Source: Longimicrobiales bacterium (GTDB taxonomy: Bacteria > Gemmatimonadota > Gemmatimonadetes > Longimicrobiales > Gaopeijiaceae). From it: a DNA stretch of 64,000 bases. This document shows, piece after piece, positions 55,296 to 64,000 of this stretch; positions within the stretch are counted from its first letter, which is position 1; the number at the start of each line of letters is the position of its first letter. The position numbers and the translations under genes were made by a program. Below the pieces are notes generated by a model. That model saw only the letters and a list, made by a program, of their open reading frames with translations. It did no database searches and had not been told where the DNA came from. Where the stretch lies: contig OZ241892.1 in NCBI GenBank assembly GCA_965203485.1, forward strand, positions 1,408,001-1,472,000, given 5' to 3'.

Positions 55296-57802
55296 GTCTT
55301 GGTGGGAGAGGCGACCCCGATGGACAGCCGCTCGCCGTCCTCGCTCACGTCCGCCGCCACTTCGTCCCCGGCCGCGAACTCCGCCAGCAGGATCTTCTCG
55401 GAGAGCGGGTCCTCCAGGTAGCGCCGGATCGCCCGCTTCAGGGGCCGGGCGCCGAACTTCTCGTCGTAGCCGCGGTCCACCAGGAAGTCCACGGCGGCGG
55501 CCGTCAGCTCGAGCGACATCTTCTCGCGCGCGAGGCGCTCCTGGACGTTGTCGAGCAGGATGTGGACGATTCGGCCGATTTCGTCGCGGCTCAGCGGATG
55601 GAACACGATCGTGTCGTCCAGCCGGTTCAGGAACTCCGGATTGAAGGCGCGGTCGATCTCCTCCTTGACCTTGTCGCGCATGAACTCGTAGTCCGATCCC
55701 GCGTCCGCCTTCCGGAACCCGAGGCCGCCCTTGGAGATTTCCCGCGCCCCCAGGTTGGAGGTCATGATCAGCACCGTGTTCTTGAAGTCGATCACGCGGC
55801 CGTAGTTGTCCGTCAGGTGGCCTTCGTCGAGCACCTGCAGGAGCACGTTGAAGACGTCTGGGTGGGCCTTCTCGATCTCGTCCAGGAGCACGACGGCGTA
55901 CGGGCGGCGGCGGACCGCCTTGGTGAGTGCGCCCGAGTCCTCGTAGCCGACGTAGCCGGGCGGGGCTCCGATCAGCCGCGACACCGAGAACTTTTCCATG
56001 TACTCGCTCATGTCCACGCGAATGAGAGCGTCGCGGTCGGCAAAGAGGAACTCGGCCAGCGTGCGTGCGAGTTCGGTCTTGCCGACGCCCGTAGGCCCGG
56101 AAAAGACGAAGGAGCCGATCGGGCGCGCCGGGTCCTGCAGGCCTGCGCGGCTCCGCCGAATGGCGCGGCTGATCGCCGCGATCGCGTCGTCCTGGCCGAC
56201 GACCCGCTTGTGCAGCTCCTCCTCCATGTTGACCAAGCGCTCGGTCTCCGCCTGTTGAATGCGCGCGACGGGAATCCCCGTCCAGCGGCTGACGATGAAG
56301 GCGACGTCGTCTCCGCCGATCTCCGGCCGGAACTGCTTGCGCTCCTCTTCCCAGGCCGCCTGCTCGTCCTCCATGCTCTGCTGGATATCCCGCTCCTCGT
56401 CGCGCAACTGGGCAGCCCGCTCGAAGTCCTGGCTCCGGATCGCCTCCTCCTTGGCTCCGACCACGGCCGCGAGACGCTGCTTGAGGCCCTCGACGCCGGG
56501 CGGCGGCGCTTGGCCGGTGATGCGCGCGCGCGCACCCGCTTCATCAATCACGTCGATCGCCTTGTCCGGCAGGAAGCGGTCCGTGATGTAGCGGTCCGCC
56601 AAGTGCGACGCTTCCGCGAGCGCCTCGTCCGAGACGACGACCTTGTGGTGCTCCTCGTAGTGGCCGCGCAGGCCGCGCAGGATCTCCACCGTGTCGTCCA
56701 CGGACGGGGGCTCGACGATCACGGCCTGGAAGCGGCGTTCGAGGGCCCCGTCCGTCTCCACGTGCTTGCGGTACTCGTTGAGCGTGGATGCCCCGATGCA
56801 TTGCAGCTCGCCCCGGGCCAGCGCCGGCTTGAGCATGCTCGACGCGTCGATGGCGCCCTCCGCCGCCCCGGCGCCGACGAGCGTGTGCAGTTCGTCGATG
56901 AACAGGACGACGTTGCGGCTTTGCTGTATTTCGTTGACGACGGCCTTGAGGCGCTCCTCGAACTGCCCGCGGTACTTGGTGCCCGCGATCACAGAGGCCA
57001 TGTCCAGGGCCAACACGCGATGCGACTTGAGCGCCTCCGTCACCTCGCCCTTGGCCACCAGCTGCGCGAGCCCCTCCACGATCGCCGTCTTGCCGACGCC
57101 GGGCTCGCCGATCAGGACCGGGTTGTTCTTGCGGCGCCGGCACAGGATCTCGACGATGCGCTCGATCTCGCCCACGCGGCCGACGATCGGGTCCAGCTCG
57201 CCGCCGCGGGCCATGCCGGTCAGGTCGCGGCAGAAGTGGTTGAGCGCCGGCGTGCCCGACTTCTTGCCGGACGCTTTCTGAAGGCCGGCGCCGTACTTGG
57301 GCGCCGGATCGTGGACTGCCGACGCGGGCGACGTCGCCGTGCCGCCGGCGTCCGAGCCGAGCACCTTGAGCGTCTCGGCCCTGGCGTCGTCCAACGACAC
57401 GCCCTGGGCGTTGAGCACCTGGGCCGCGACGCCCTTGCTCTCCCGGAGCAGGCCGAGCAGCAGGTGCTCGGTGCCGACGTAGGAATGGTTGAGGTCGTGC
57501 GCTTCCGCGACCGCGTAGTCGAGCACTTTCTTCGCAGGCGACGTGTACGGCAACTCGCCCAGCGCGATCGTGGCGTTTCCCTTGCGGACGGACTCCTCCA
57601 CACCGCTGTGGACCTTGTCCAGGTTGGCGTTCAAGTTGCTCAGCACGTGGGCGGCCACGCCCTCGCCCTCGCGAATCAACCCCAGCAACACGTGCTCGGT
57701 GCTGATGTAGTCGTGCTGAAGCCGAATCGCTTCCTGCCGGGCCATCGACAGAACTTTCCGAACCCGTTCGGTGAAGTTGTACTTCTTCATCGTCTCCGCC
57801 AT
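55292..57802 (-). CDS. clpC: ATP-dependent Clp protease ATP-binding subunit ClpC
   Basis: Clp_N repeats ([16 protein letters not shown]), [17 protein letters not shown] coil, [24 protein letters not shown]. Start 57802 or 57790. Confidence 0.95.
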   Translation of the reverse strand: MAETMKKYNFTERVRKVLSMARQEAIRLQHDYISTEHVLLGLIREGEGVAAHVLSNLNANLDKVHSGVEESVRKGNATIALGELPYTSPAKKVLDYAVAEAHDLNHSYVGTEHLLLGLLRESKGVAAQVLNAQGVSLDDARAETLKVLGSDAGGTATSPASAVHDPAPKYGAGLQKASGKKSGTPALNHFCRDLTGMARGGELDPIVGRVGEIERIVEILCRRRKNNPVLIGEPGVGKTAIVEGLAQLVAKGEVTEALKSHRVLALDMASVIAGTKYRGQFEERLKAVVNEIQQSRNVVLFIDELHTLVGAGAAEGAIDASSMLKPALARGELQCIGASTLNEYRKHVETDGALERRFQAVIVEPPSVDDTVEILRGLRGHYEEHHKVVVSDEALAEASHLADRYITDRFLPDKAIDVIDEAGARARITGQAPPPGVEGLKQRLAAVVGAKEEAIRSQDFERAAQLRDEERDIQQSMEDEQAAWEEERKQFRPEIGGDDVAFIVSRWTGIPVARIQQAETERLVNMEEELHKRVVGQDDAIAAISRAIRRSRAGLQDPARPIGSFVFSGPTGVGKTELARTLAEFLFADRDALIRVDMSEYMEKFSVSRLIGAPPGYVGYEDSGALTKAVRRRPYAVVLLDEIEKAHPDVFNVLLQVLDEGHLTDNYGRVIDFKNTVLIMTSNLGAREISKGGLGFRKADAGSDYEFMRDKVKEEIDRAFNPEFLNRLDDTIVFHPLSRDEIGRIVHILLDNVQERLAREKMSLELTAAAVDFLVDRGYDEKFGARPLKRAIRRYLEDPLSEKILLAEFAAGDEVAADVSEDGERLSIGVASPTKT

Positions 57803-57846
57803 CCTCCCGAGGCCGCCTTCCTGCCGAAAGGTCGCCCCGAAGCCCG

Positions 57847-58968
57847 TCAACCGGAAGACCCGCCTTCTTCTGCGCCGTCTGCGCCCGCTCCGCCGGGCTC
57901 GCCGACCGCCACCAAGCGCGACCGCACGAACGAGGCGCGCCGCGCGTGGCGTTCGGCCGGCGACAGCTCCCGGCCGGCCGCGTCCTCGACGTGGGCCGCC
58001 TGCGCAAGGATCATGAGCCGGTTGAGCGAATCGACGGACGGCCCCGGCAAGATTCTCAGCGCGACCCCCAACCGCACCCCGGACAGCAGGTTGGCCATCT
58101 CCTCGTAGCGGAGGCTGCGGGCGTACCGGAGCAAGCCGTAAGCCCGCCACACCTTGTCCTCCACGGCCGCGCGCGCGTCGCGCATCAGGACTTCGCGGGC
58201 CTGCGTCTCCGTCTGGATGACGGTGTCCACGATCCTGGCCACGTGGTCCACCAAGTCCTCTTCGCTCTTTCCCAAGGTCGTCTGGTTGGATATCTGGAAG
58301 AAGTTGCCGACCACGTCCGAGCCCTCGCCGTAGAGTCCCCTGAACGTCAGCCCGACCTGCGACACCCCCCGCAGGACCTTCTCGATCTCCTTCGTGAGCA
58401 CCAGCCCCGGCAGATGGACCAGCGCCGAGGCCCGAAGCCCCGTGCCGGCGTTGGTGGGGCACGCGGTGAGAAAACCGAACTCGTTGTGATAGGCCAGCGG
58501 CAGCGCCGCGCCGATCTCGTCGTCCAGGCGGTCGGCCAGACGCCACGCCTCGATCAGCTGCAGTCCGGGAGCCAAGCTCTGCAGGCGAAGATGATCCTCC
58601 TCGTTGACCATCAAGCTCACGCGGCGCCCGGCGCCCGCGACCGCTGCCGTGCCGGCGGGTGGTTCCTCGCCCGCGCCCAGGAGCTCGCGCGACACGAGAC
58701 GCCGTTCATGCAGGATGCGCCGCCGTCGTTCGGTTATCGCGGGCAACGGCAGCACGGTTGCGCCGCGCAGGAGCGGGACCCGTTCGACCGCCGCCGCCAC
58801 CCGGTCGAGAACGGCCAAGTGGTCGGCCGCCTCGGCACGGGAGACGAACGCGCAACCTTGCAAGTTGCGCGCCAGCCGCACTCGCGTGGACACGACGACC
58901 GCGGCGTGCGGGCCGCTTCCGTCGAGCCAGCCCAAGCCCAGGCCGGGGCGGACGTCCAGTGAACTCAT
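57847..58968 (-). CDS. mcsB: Protein arginine kinase McsB
   Basis: STRVRLARN, MVNEEDHLR, GFLTACPTNAGTGLRAS, RGLYGEGS, QISNQTTLG. Confidence 0.93.
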   Translation of the reverse strand: MSSLDVRPGLGLGWLDGSGPHAAVVVSTRVRLARNLQGCAFVSRAEAADHLAVLDRVAAAVERVPLLRGATVLPLPAITERRRRILHERRLVSRELLGAGEEPPAGTAAVAGAGRRVSLMVNEEDHLRLQSLAPGLQLIEAWRLADRLDDEIGAALPLAYHNEFGFLTACPTNAGTGLRASALVHLPGLVLTKEIEKVLRGVSQVGLTFRGLYGEGSDVVGNFFQISNQTTLGKSEEDLVDHVARIVDTVIQTETQAREVLMRDARAAVEDKVWRAYGLLRYARSLRYEEMANLLSGVRLGVALRILPGPSVDSLNRLMILAQAAHVEDAAGRELSPAERHARRASFVRSRLVAVGEPGGAGADGAEEGGSSG

Positions 58969-59056
58969 CCGGCCGCCCGGCGCGGGCAGGCGCGGACGTC
59001 CGTGCAGGCCCTGCGCGCGCTTCGGCCCGCGCGGCCGCCGACAACGCGCGGGGGCG

Positions 59057-59566
59057 TCACGGCGCGGCCCCCTCCAGCGCGCGGATCGTGTCGCGCAACG
59101 TCGCGGCGCGCTCGAAGTCCTCCGCGGCGACCGCTCTCTCCAGGCGTCCCCGAAGGACTTGCAGGCGGTCGGCGTCGTCCGCGGCGGGGCCGGGCGGCAG
59201 ATACACCTTGCCCGTGTGTTGGCTCGAGCCGTGAATCCGCCCGAGGAGCTGGCGCAGCTTCACCTCGAAGCAGGCGTAGCACTCCGGGCATCCCAGGCGC
59301 CCCGTCTTCTTGAAGTCGGCGTGGGCTAGGCCGCAGAAGCCGCAAGCCTCGGCCCTGTCGGCGGCGCCGGCCTCTTCGCCGCCCAGCTGCGCCAGCATCT
59401 CGCCGATGTCGAAGGCCAGCGGCGCCCCCGACGCGCCGATGCCCTTCTCCGCCGCGCACGACTTGCAGTAGTAGTGGCTGGACTGGTGGCCGTTCACGAC
59501 CTTTTCCAGATGCACGACCGCCGGGCGCCCGCACCCGTCGGCGCCGCACTTCTTCGGATCAGGCAT
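59057..59566 (-). CDS. mcsA: McsA (Cys-rich, UVR domain)
   Basis: [40 protein letters not shown]. Confidence 0.9.
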   Translation of the reverse strand: MPDPKKCGADGCGRPAVVHLEKVVNGHQSSHYYCKSCAAEKGIGASGAPLAFDIGEMLAQLGGEEAGAADRAEACGFCGLAHADFKKTGRLGCPECYACFEVKLRQLLGRIHGSSQHTGKVYLPPGPAADDADRLQVLRGRLERAVAAEDFERAATLRDTIRALEGAAP

Positions 59567-60368
59567 CCTCGAGCACTCCGTCCTTGAGCGTCAGCGTCCT
59601 GTCCGCCTTGGACGCCAGCTCAAGGTTGTGGGTTGCCACGACGAGAGCAACGCCGCTTCGGCGCCTCATCTCGAACAGCAGTTCGCGCACCGCTTGGCCG
59701 GAGCGGGCGTCCAAGTTCCCGGTCGGCTCGTCCGCCAAGACGACCAGGGGCTCGTTCACCAGGGCCCGCGCCACCGCCACCCGCTGCTGTTCGCCGCCCG
59801 ACAGTTCCGCAGGCCGGTGGGCCGCGCGCTCCGCCAGGCCCACTTGGCCCAGCAGCATCGACGCCCGCCGACGCGCCTCGGACGCGCCGTCGCCCCGAAT
59901 CAGCGCGGGCATCATGACGTTCTCGAGCGCCGAAAACTCCCGGAGCAGATGGTGGAACTGAAAGACGAAGCCGACGCTCGCGTTGCGCGCCGCCGCAAGC
60001 CGCTCGTCGTCCATTCGCGCGACGTCGGCGCCGCCCAGCTCCACGCAGCCCTCCGTGGGCCGGTCCAATGCGCCCAGCAGGCCGAGCAGGGTCGACTTGC
60101 CCGCTCCGCTGGCTCCCACGACGGCGACCGCCTCGCCCGGCGCGGCGGCGAAGTCCACGCCCCGCAACACGTCCAGCTCTCCACCCCCGGGCGCGGCGAA
60201 TGAGCGGCGAAGGCCGCGCACGACCAGCGGCGGCGCGCTCCGCCCGGCAGTCCCGTTGCGTGCCGCGACGACGCCCGCCCGGCGGAGATCGCCCGCGACC
60301 GGCGGCGGCCCCCCCGCGACCGCCGGTCCCCCTCGTTCCGTCCCGGCCGCGCCCGCCCGCTCACTCAT
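59559..60368 (-). CDS. lolD: Lipoprotein-releasing ABC transporter ATP-binding protein
   Basis: [37 protein letters not shown]. Coupled to lolC/E. Confidence 0.88.
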   Translation of the reverse strand: MSERAGAAGTERGGPAVAGGPPPVAGDLRRAGVVAARNGTAGRSAPPLVVRGLRRSFAAPGGGELDVLRGVDFAAAPGEAVAVVGASGAGKSTLLGLLGALDRPTEGCVELGGADVARMDDERLAAARNASVGFVFQFHHLLREFSALENVMMPALIRGDGASEARRRASMLLGQVGLAERAAHRPAELSGGEQQRVAVARALVNEPLVVLADEPTGNLDARSGQAVRELLFEMRRRSGVALVVATHNLELASKADRTLTLKDGVLEDA

Positions 60369-61617
60369 GGCGGATCGCGTCCACCGGCGCCAGCTTCGCC
60401 GCCTGCCTCGCCGGATAGATGGTGGCGGCGAACGAAATCGCCATGCTGACGCCGACGATCCAGGCGACGTCGAGCGGCGAAACCGCCACCGGCAACCTGT
60501 CCACCAAGTACACTTCGGGCGGGATCGGAATCAGCTGGTACCGCTCGACGGCGACCGACGCGCCGACGCCCAGAAGCACGCCCGCCGCCGTGCCGATGGC
60601 CCCGATCCACAGTCCCTGCAAGAGGAAGACCAGCAGCGTGTCCCGCTTGGTCAGGCCCATCGCCTTGAGGATGCCGATCTCCCGAGTTCGGTCGACCACT
60701 ACCATTACCAGCGTGCTGACGATGTTGAACGCGGCAACGAGCACGATGAGCGACAGCACGATTCCCATCGCCAGCTTCTCCAGCTTGAGCGCGCCGAAGA
60801 GATGCCGGTTCGTTCGCGTCCAGGGGTCCACGACGTACGGCCATCCTCCGACGGCCCGCCGAACCTCGTCGGCGGTTTCGTCGGCCTTCCAGGGGTCCGC
60901 CGATCTCACGCCGACGAACGAAGCGGCCCCCTCGTCCATGTCCAGCAGCTCCTGCACGTCGGACAGTGCGGCGTAGCCGTTCTTGAGGTCGTAGTCGTAG
61001 ATGCCCGTCGTGAAGATGCCCGAGACCCGCCACTGGGCCATGCGGGGCCAGAAGTCCGCGTTCGGACTCAGGTCGAACGTCTCCATGGCCACGACCAGGA
61101 CCGTGTCGCCCTCGAACAGGTTCATCCGGCCGGCCACGCCGCTGCCCAGCACCACGGGCACGAGGGCGCCGGGCGCTCTCTCCAGCGACAGCTCGCCGGA
61201 CCGCAGGCTGTCGTGGATGGCGTTGAGGGCCGGCCCCGGCGCGTCCAGGTCCACGCCGTAGAGGTCGAGCACCTCCGAGTAGTCGCCCCTGACCAAGCCC
61301 ACGCGAGTCAGCGCCAGGGGCGAGGCCGCCACCACGCCTTCGACTGCGCGGGCGCTCTCGACGACTTGCCGCCAGTCGTGCACGCGAAGCGACTCTCCGG
61401 ACTCCAGGACCAGCACGTGCGGGTTCGATCCCAGGATCTTCTCGCGCAGCTCGTTGGTCATGCCCGTCATGACGCCGATGACGACGACCAGCGCCGTCAC
61501 GCCCACGACGATGCCGCACAGCGCAACCCACGTGATGAACGAGAGGAGGCGCCCTCCCTTGCGGGACGCCAAGTAGCGGCGCGCCAGGAACCAAGCAAGG
61601 CCCGTCCGCGACGTCAT
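60361..61617 (-). CDS. Lipoprotein-releasing ABC transporter permease LolC/E
   Basis: [52 protein letters not shown]. Confidence 0.9.
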   Translation of the reverse strand: MTSRTGLAWFLARRYLASRKGGRLLSFITWVALCGIVVGVTALVVVIGVMTGMTNELREKILGSNPHVLVLESGESLRVHDWRQVVESARAVEGVVAASPLALTRVGLVRGDYSEVLDLYGVDLDAPGPALNAIHDSLRSGELSLERAPGALVPVVLGSGVAGRMNLFEGDTVLVVAMETFDLSPNADFWPRMAQWRVSGIFTTGIYDYDLKNGYAALSDVQELLDMDEGAASFVGVRSADPWKADETADEVRRAVGGWPYVVDPWTRTNRHLFGALKLEKLAMGIVLSLIVLVAAFNIVSTLVMVVVDRTREIGILKAMGLTKRDTLLVFLLQGLWIGAIGTAAGVLLGVGASVAVERYQLIPIPPEVYLVDRLPVAVSPLDVAWIVGVSMAISFAATIYPARQAAKLAPVDAIRHE

Positions 61618-61633
61618 GGGCCCGGCCCGGACC

Positions 61634-63295
61634 TCACTCGGAGTCCCTGAGCACCGGGAACAGAATCACGTCGCGGATCGACGGCTGGCCCGTCAGCAGC
61701 ATCACGAGCCGGTCGATGCCGATGCCCACGCCCCCCGTCGGCGGCAGTCCGTGCTCGAGCGCCTGCACGTAGTCTTCGTCCACCTCGTGCGCTTCGCGGT
61801 CCCCGGCCGAGCGGAGCGCCGCCTGCGCGCTGAAGATCTCGGCCTGCTCCGTCGGGTCGTTGAGCTCGCTGAAGGCGTTGGCCAATTCCTGGCCGCCCAC
61901 GAAGAGTTCGAATCGCTCGGCCAGCGCCGGCGCCCCTCGCTTCGGCTTGGCCAGCGGACTCATCTCCCGAGGATGGTCCACGACGAACGTGGGCTGCACG
62001 AGGCGGGGCTGGACCAGCGCGCCGAACAGCTTGTCGAGCAGCTTGCCCGTGCCGGCGCCGTCCAGGGCGGGCAATCCGTGGCGCCGGGCGGCCGCGCGAA
62101 GCTCTTCGCGAGCGGCCCGCAGGGGCGCGAAACCCAGGGCCTCGCCGAGGGCGTCCACGAACGACAGCCGCGCGTACGGCGGCTCCAGGTCTATCTCGGA
62201 GCCTTCCCAGGAAAGGCGCGGGCCGTCGCCGTCCAATGCCGCCAGCCTTGAGACCAGCGCCTCGACGAGCCCCATCATCTCCTCGTAGTCGGCGAATGCC
62301 TGATAGAACTCGAGCATCGTGAATTCGGGGTTGTGGAACCGGTCGATGCCCTCGTTGCGAAAGTCCTTCGATATCTCGTAGACTCGGTCCAGGCCGCCCA
62401 CGATGAGCCGCTTGAGGTAGAGTTCGTCGGCGATCCTCAGGTAGAGAGTACGGCCGAGCGAACGGTGCCTGGTGACGAACGGCTCGGCCGCCGCGCCGCC
62501 GTAGACGGGTTGCAGGACCGGCGTCTCGACCTCCACGTACCCCAGCTCGTCCAGAAACCTGCGCGTCTCCGAGACGATGCGCGCCCGCGTGCAAAACACG
62601 TCGCGAACCTCGGGATGCACCGCCAAGTCGGCGTACCGCCTCCGGTAGCGCGCTTCCTGGTCGGCCAGCGCCGAGTGCCCCGAGCGTCGTCCGGTCTCCT
62701 TGTCGACGCCCGACTTTCCCAGCGGCAACGGGCGCAGGCACTTGGCCAGGAGACGCAGGCGGTCGGCTCGCACGGTGACTTGGCCCATCCGCGTGCGGAA
62801 GACCGTGCCGGCCGTCTCGATCCAGTCGCCCAGGTCGAGCAAGGCCAGCAGCTCCCATCCGTCCTCGCCGAGAGCGTCCCGCCGCAGGTGGACCTGAATG
62901 CGTCCCGTCCGGTCCTCCAGGTCGGCGAACGCGCTGCCGCCGTGCGACCGCAACGCCACCATGCGACCTGCCCACGTGCCGTCGTGCCCGCCCTCCTCCA
63001 CCGTGCCCGCCGCTTCCGCCTCTTCGAACTTCGCGATGGAGGGCGCGGCGTGGAGGTCGGCCGACGAGGAATACGCGTACGGCTCGACTCCCAAGCGGCG
63101 AAGCGTCTCGAGCTTTTCCCGACGTGCCCGCATCATCCTCGGGAGCGCGTCGGCGCCGTCCTCCGTCCGGCTTTGGTCCGCGGGTCTGCCGCCGCACCGT
63201 TCGGCCCTCCCGGCGGCTTGGCGCTCCCCCGTCGCCGATGCCCCGTGATCATCGCCGCGGCCGTTCCCGCGGCCCCTCTCGCCTTCGTCCGTCAT
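61634..63295 (-). CDS. lysS: Lysine--tRNA ligase (class II)
   Basis: [66 protein letters not shown]. Confidence 0.96.
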   Translation of the reverse strand: MTDEGERGRGNGRGDDHGASATGERQAAGRAERCGGRPADQSRTEDGADALPRMMRARREKLETLRRLGVEPYAYSSSADLHAAPSIAKFEEAEAAGTVEEGGHDGTWAGRMVALRSHGGSAFADLEDRTGRIQVHLRRDALGEDGWELLALLDLGDWIETAGTVFRTRMGQVTVRADRLRLLAKCLRPLPLGKSGVDKETGRRSGHSALADQEARYRRRYADLAVHPEVRDVFCTRARIVSETRRFLDELGYVEVETPVLQPVYGGAAAEPFVTRHRSLGRTLYLRIADELYLKRLIVGGLDRVYEISKDFRNEGIDRFHNPEFTMLEFYQAFADYEEMMGLVEALVSRLAALDGDGPRLSWEGSEIDLEPPYARLSFVDALGEALGFAPLRAAREELRAAARRHGLPALDGAGTGKLLDKLFGALVQPRLVQPTFVVDHPREMSPLAKPKRGAPALAERFELFVGGQELANAFSELNDPTEQAEIFSAQAALRSAGDREAHEVDEDYVQALEHGLPPTGGVGIGIDRLVMLLTGQPSIRDVILFPVLRDSE

Positions 63296-64000
63296 CGGGC
63301 CGCCTCCGCGCCGAACTTCTTGAGAAACGCCTCGATGAAGGCGTCCAGGCGCCCGTCCATCACGGCCGCCACGTTGCCCTCCTTGAGTTCGGTGCGGTGA
63401 TCGTTGACCATGGTGTACGGCGCGAAGACGTAGGAGCGGATCTGGTTGCCCCACGCGATCTCCGTCTTGGACGCCTCCAGCGCCTGCTTCTCCTTCTCGC
63501 GCTCTTCCTTGGCTCTCTGATAAAGGGCCGCCTTCAACATCTTCATGGCCGTCGAACGGTTCTTGTGCTGGGAACGCTCCTGCTGGCACGAGACCACGAT
63601 GCTCGAGGGCTCGTGCGTGATGCGGATAGCCGAGTCGGTCTTGTTCACGTGCTGGCCCCCGGCGCCGGACGCGCGGAAGGTGTCGATGCGAAGGTCGCCC
63701 TCGTCGATTTCGATCTCGATCTCGTCGTCCACGACCGGGTAGACGAACACGGACGCGAACGACGTGTGGCGGCGCGACTGCGAGTCGAACGGCGAGATGC
63801 GCACCAGCCGGTGGACGCCCTTTTCGGCCCGCAGATAGCCGTAGGCGTGGTCGCCGGCGACCTCCAGCGCCGCGCTCTTGAAGCCGCCGTCGTCGCCGGC
63901 CTGCACGTCGAGCACCGACACGTCGCAACCGCGCCGCTCCGCCCACCGGGAATACATGCGAAAGAGCATGCGCGCCCAGTCCTGCGACTCGAGCCCTCCA
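63292..64000 (-). CDS. prfB: Peptide chain release factor 2 (5'-truncated by window edge)
   Basis: [21 protein letters not shown] (SPF), [17 protein letters not shown]. Confidence 0.95.
   Translation of the reverse strand, partial: GGLESQDWARMLFRMYSRWAERRGCDVSVLDVQAGDDGGFKSAALEVAGDHAYGYLRAEKGVHRLVRISPFDSQSRRHTSFASVFVYPVVDDEIEIEIDEGDLRIDTFRASGAGGQHVNKTDSAIRITHEPSSIVVSCQQERSQHKNRSTAMKMLKAALYQRAKEEREKEKQALEASKTEIAWGNQIRSYVFAPYTMVNDHRTELKEGNVAAVMDGRLDAFIEAFLKKFGAEAAR

Noticed and set aside
63292..64000. prfB programmed +1 frameshift
   Set aside because: The 5' part of the gene, where the slippery site would be, lies outside the window.

Overview
Very GC-rich chromosomal segment of a diderm bacterium. 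The gene order (prfB-lysS-lolC/E-lolD-mcsA-mcsB-clpC-bamA-skp-lpxD-lpxC/fabZ-lpxA-oxidoreductase-lpxB-lpxK-rlmH-methyltransferase-bshC, and DUF512-der-plsY-gpsA-merR-surE) suggests Gemmatimonadota, possibly host-associated; this is inference, not searched. An AT-rich 28-bp XerCD dif-like site lies at 8017-8044. Genes to its left are on +, and most genes to its right are on -, so the window probably spans the replication terminus. Left of it is a glycosyltransferase/WecB/acyltransferase cluster. Two tRNAs are present (Arg-CCT, Gly-CCC). A 4133-aa autotransporter-like adhesin contains a higher-order (A-B-A)2-A repeat array and a variable loop. Other points of interest: a DUF368 membrane protein with an inserted baseplate-J-like domain, an in-frame PlsY-GpsA fusion, a methyltransferase coupled to bshC (possible N-methyl-bacillithiol), a GnnA-like dehydrogenase plus a 44-aa membrane peptide between lpxA and lpxB, and frequent low-complexity terminal extensions on housekeeping proteins. 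No integrase, transposase, CRISPR array or reverse transcriptase was seen. All family calls come from motif recognition by eye; no database searches were run.
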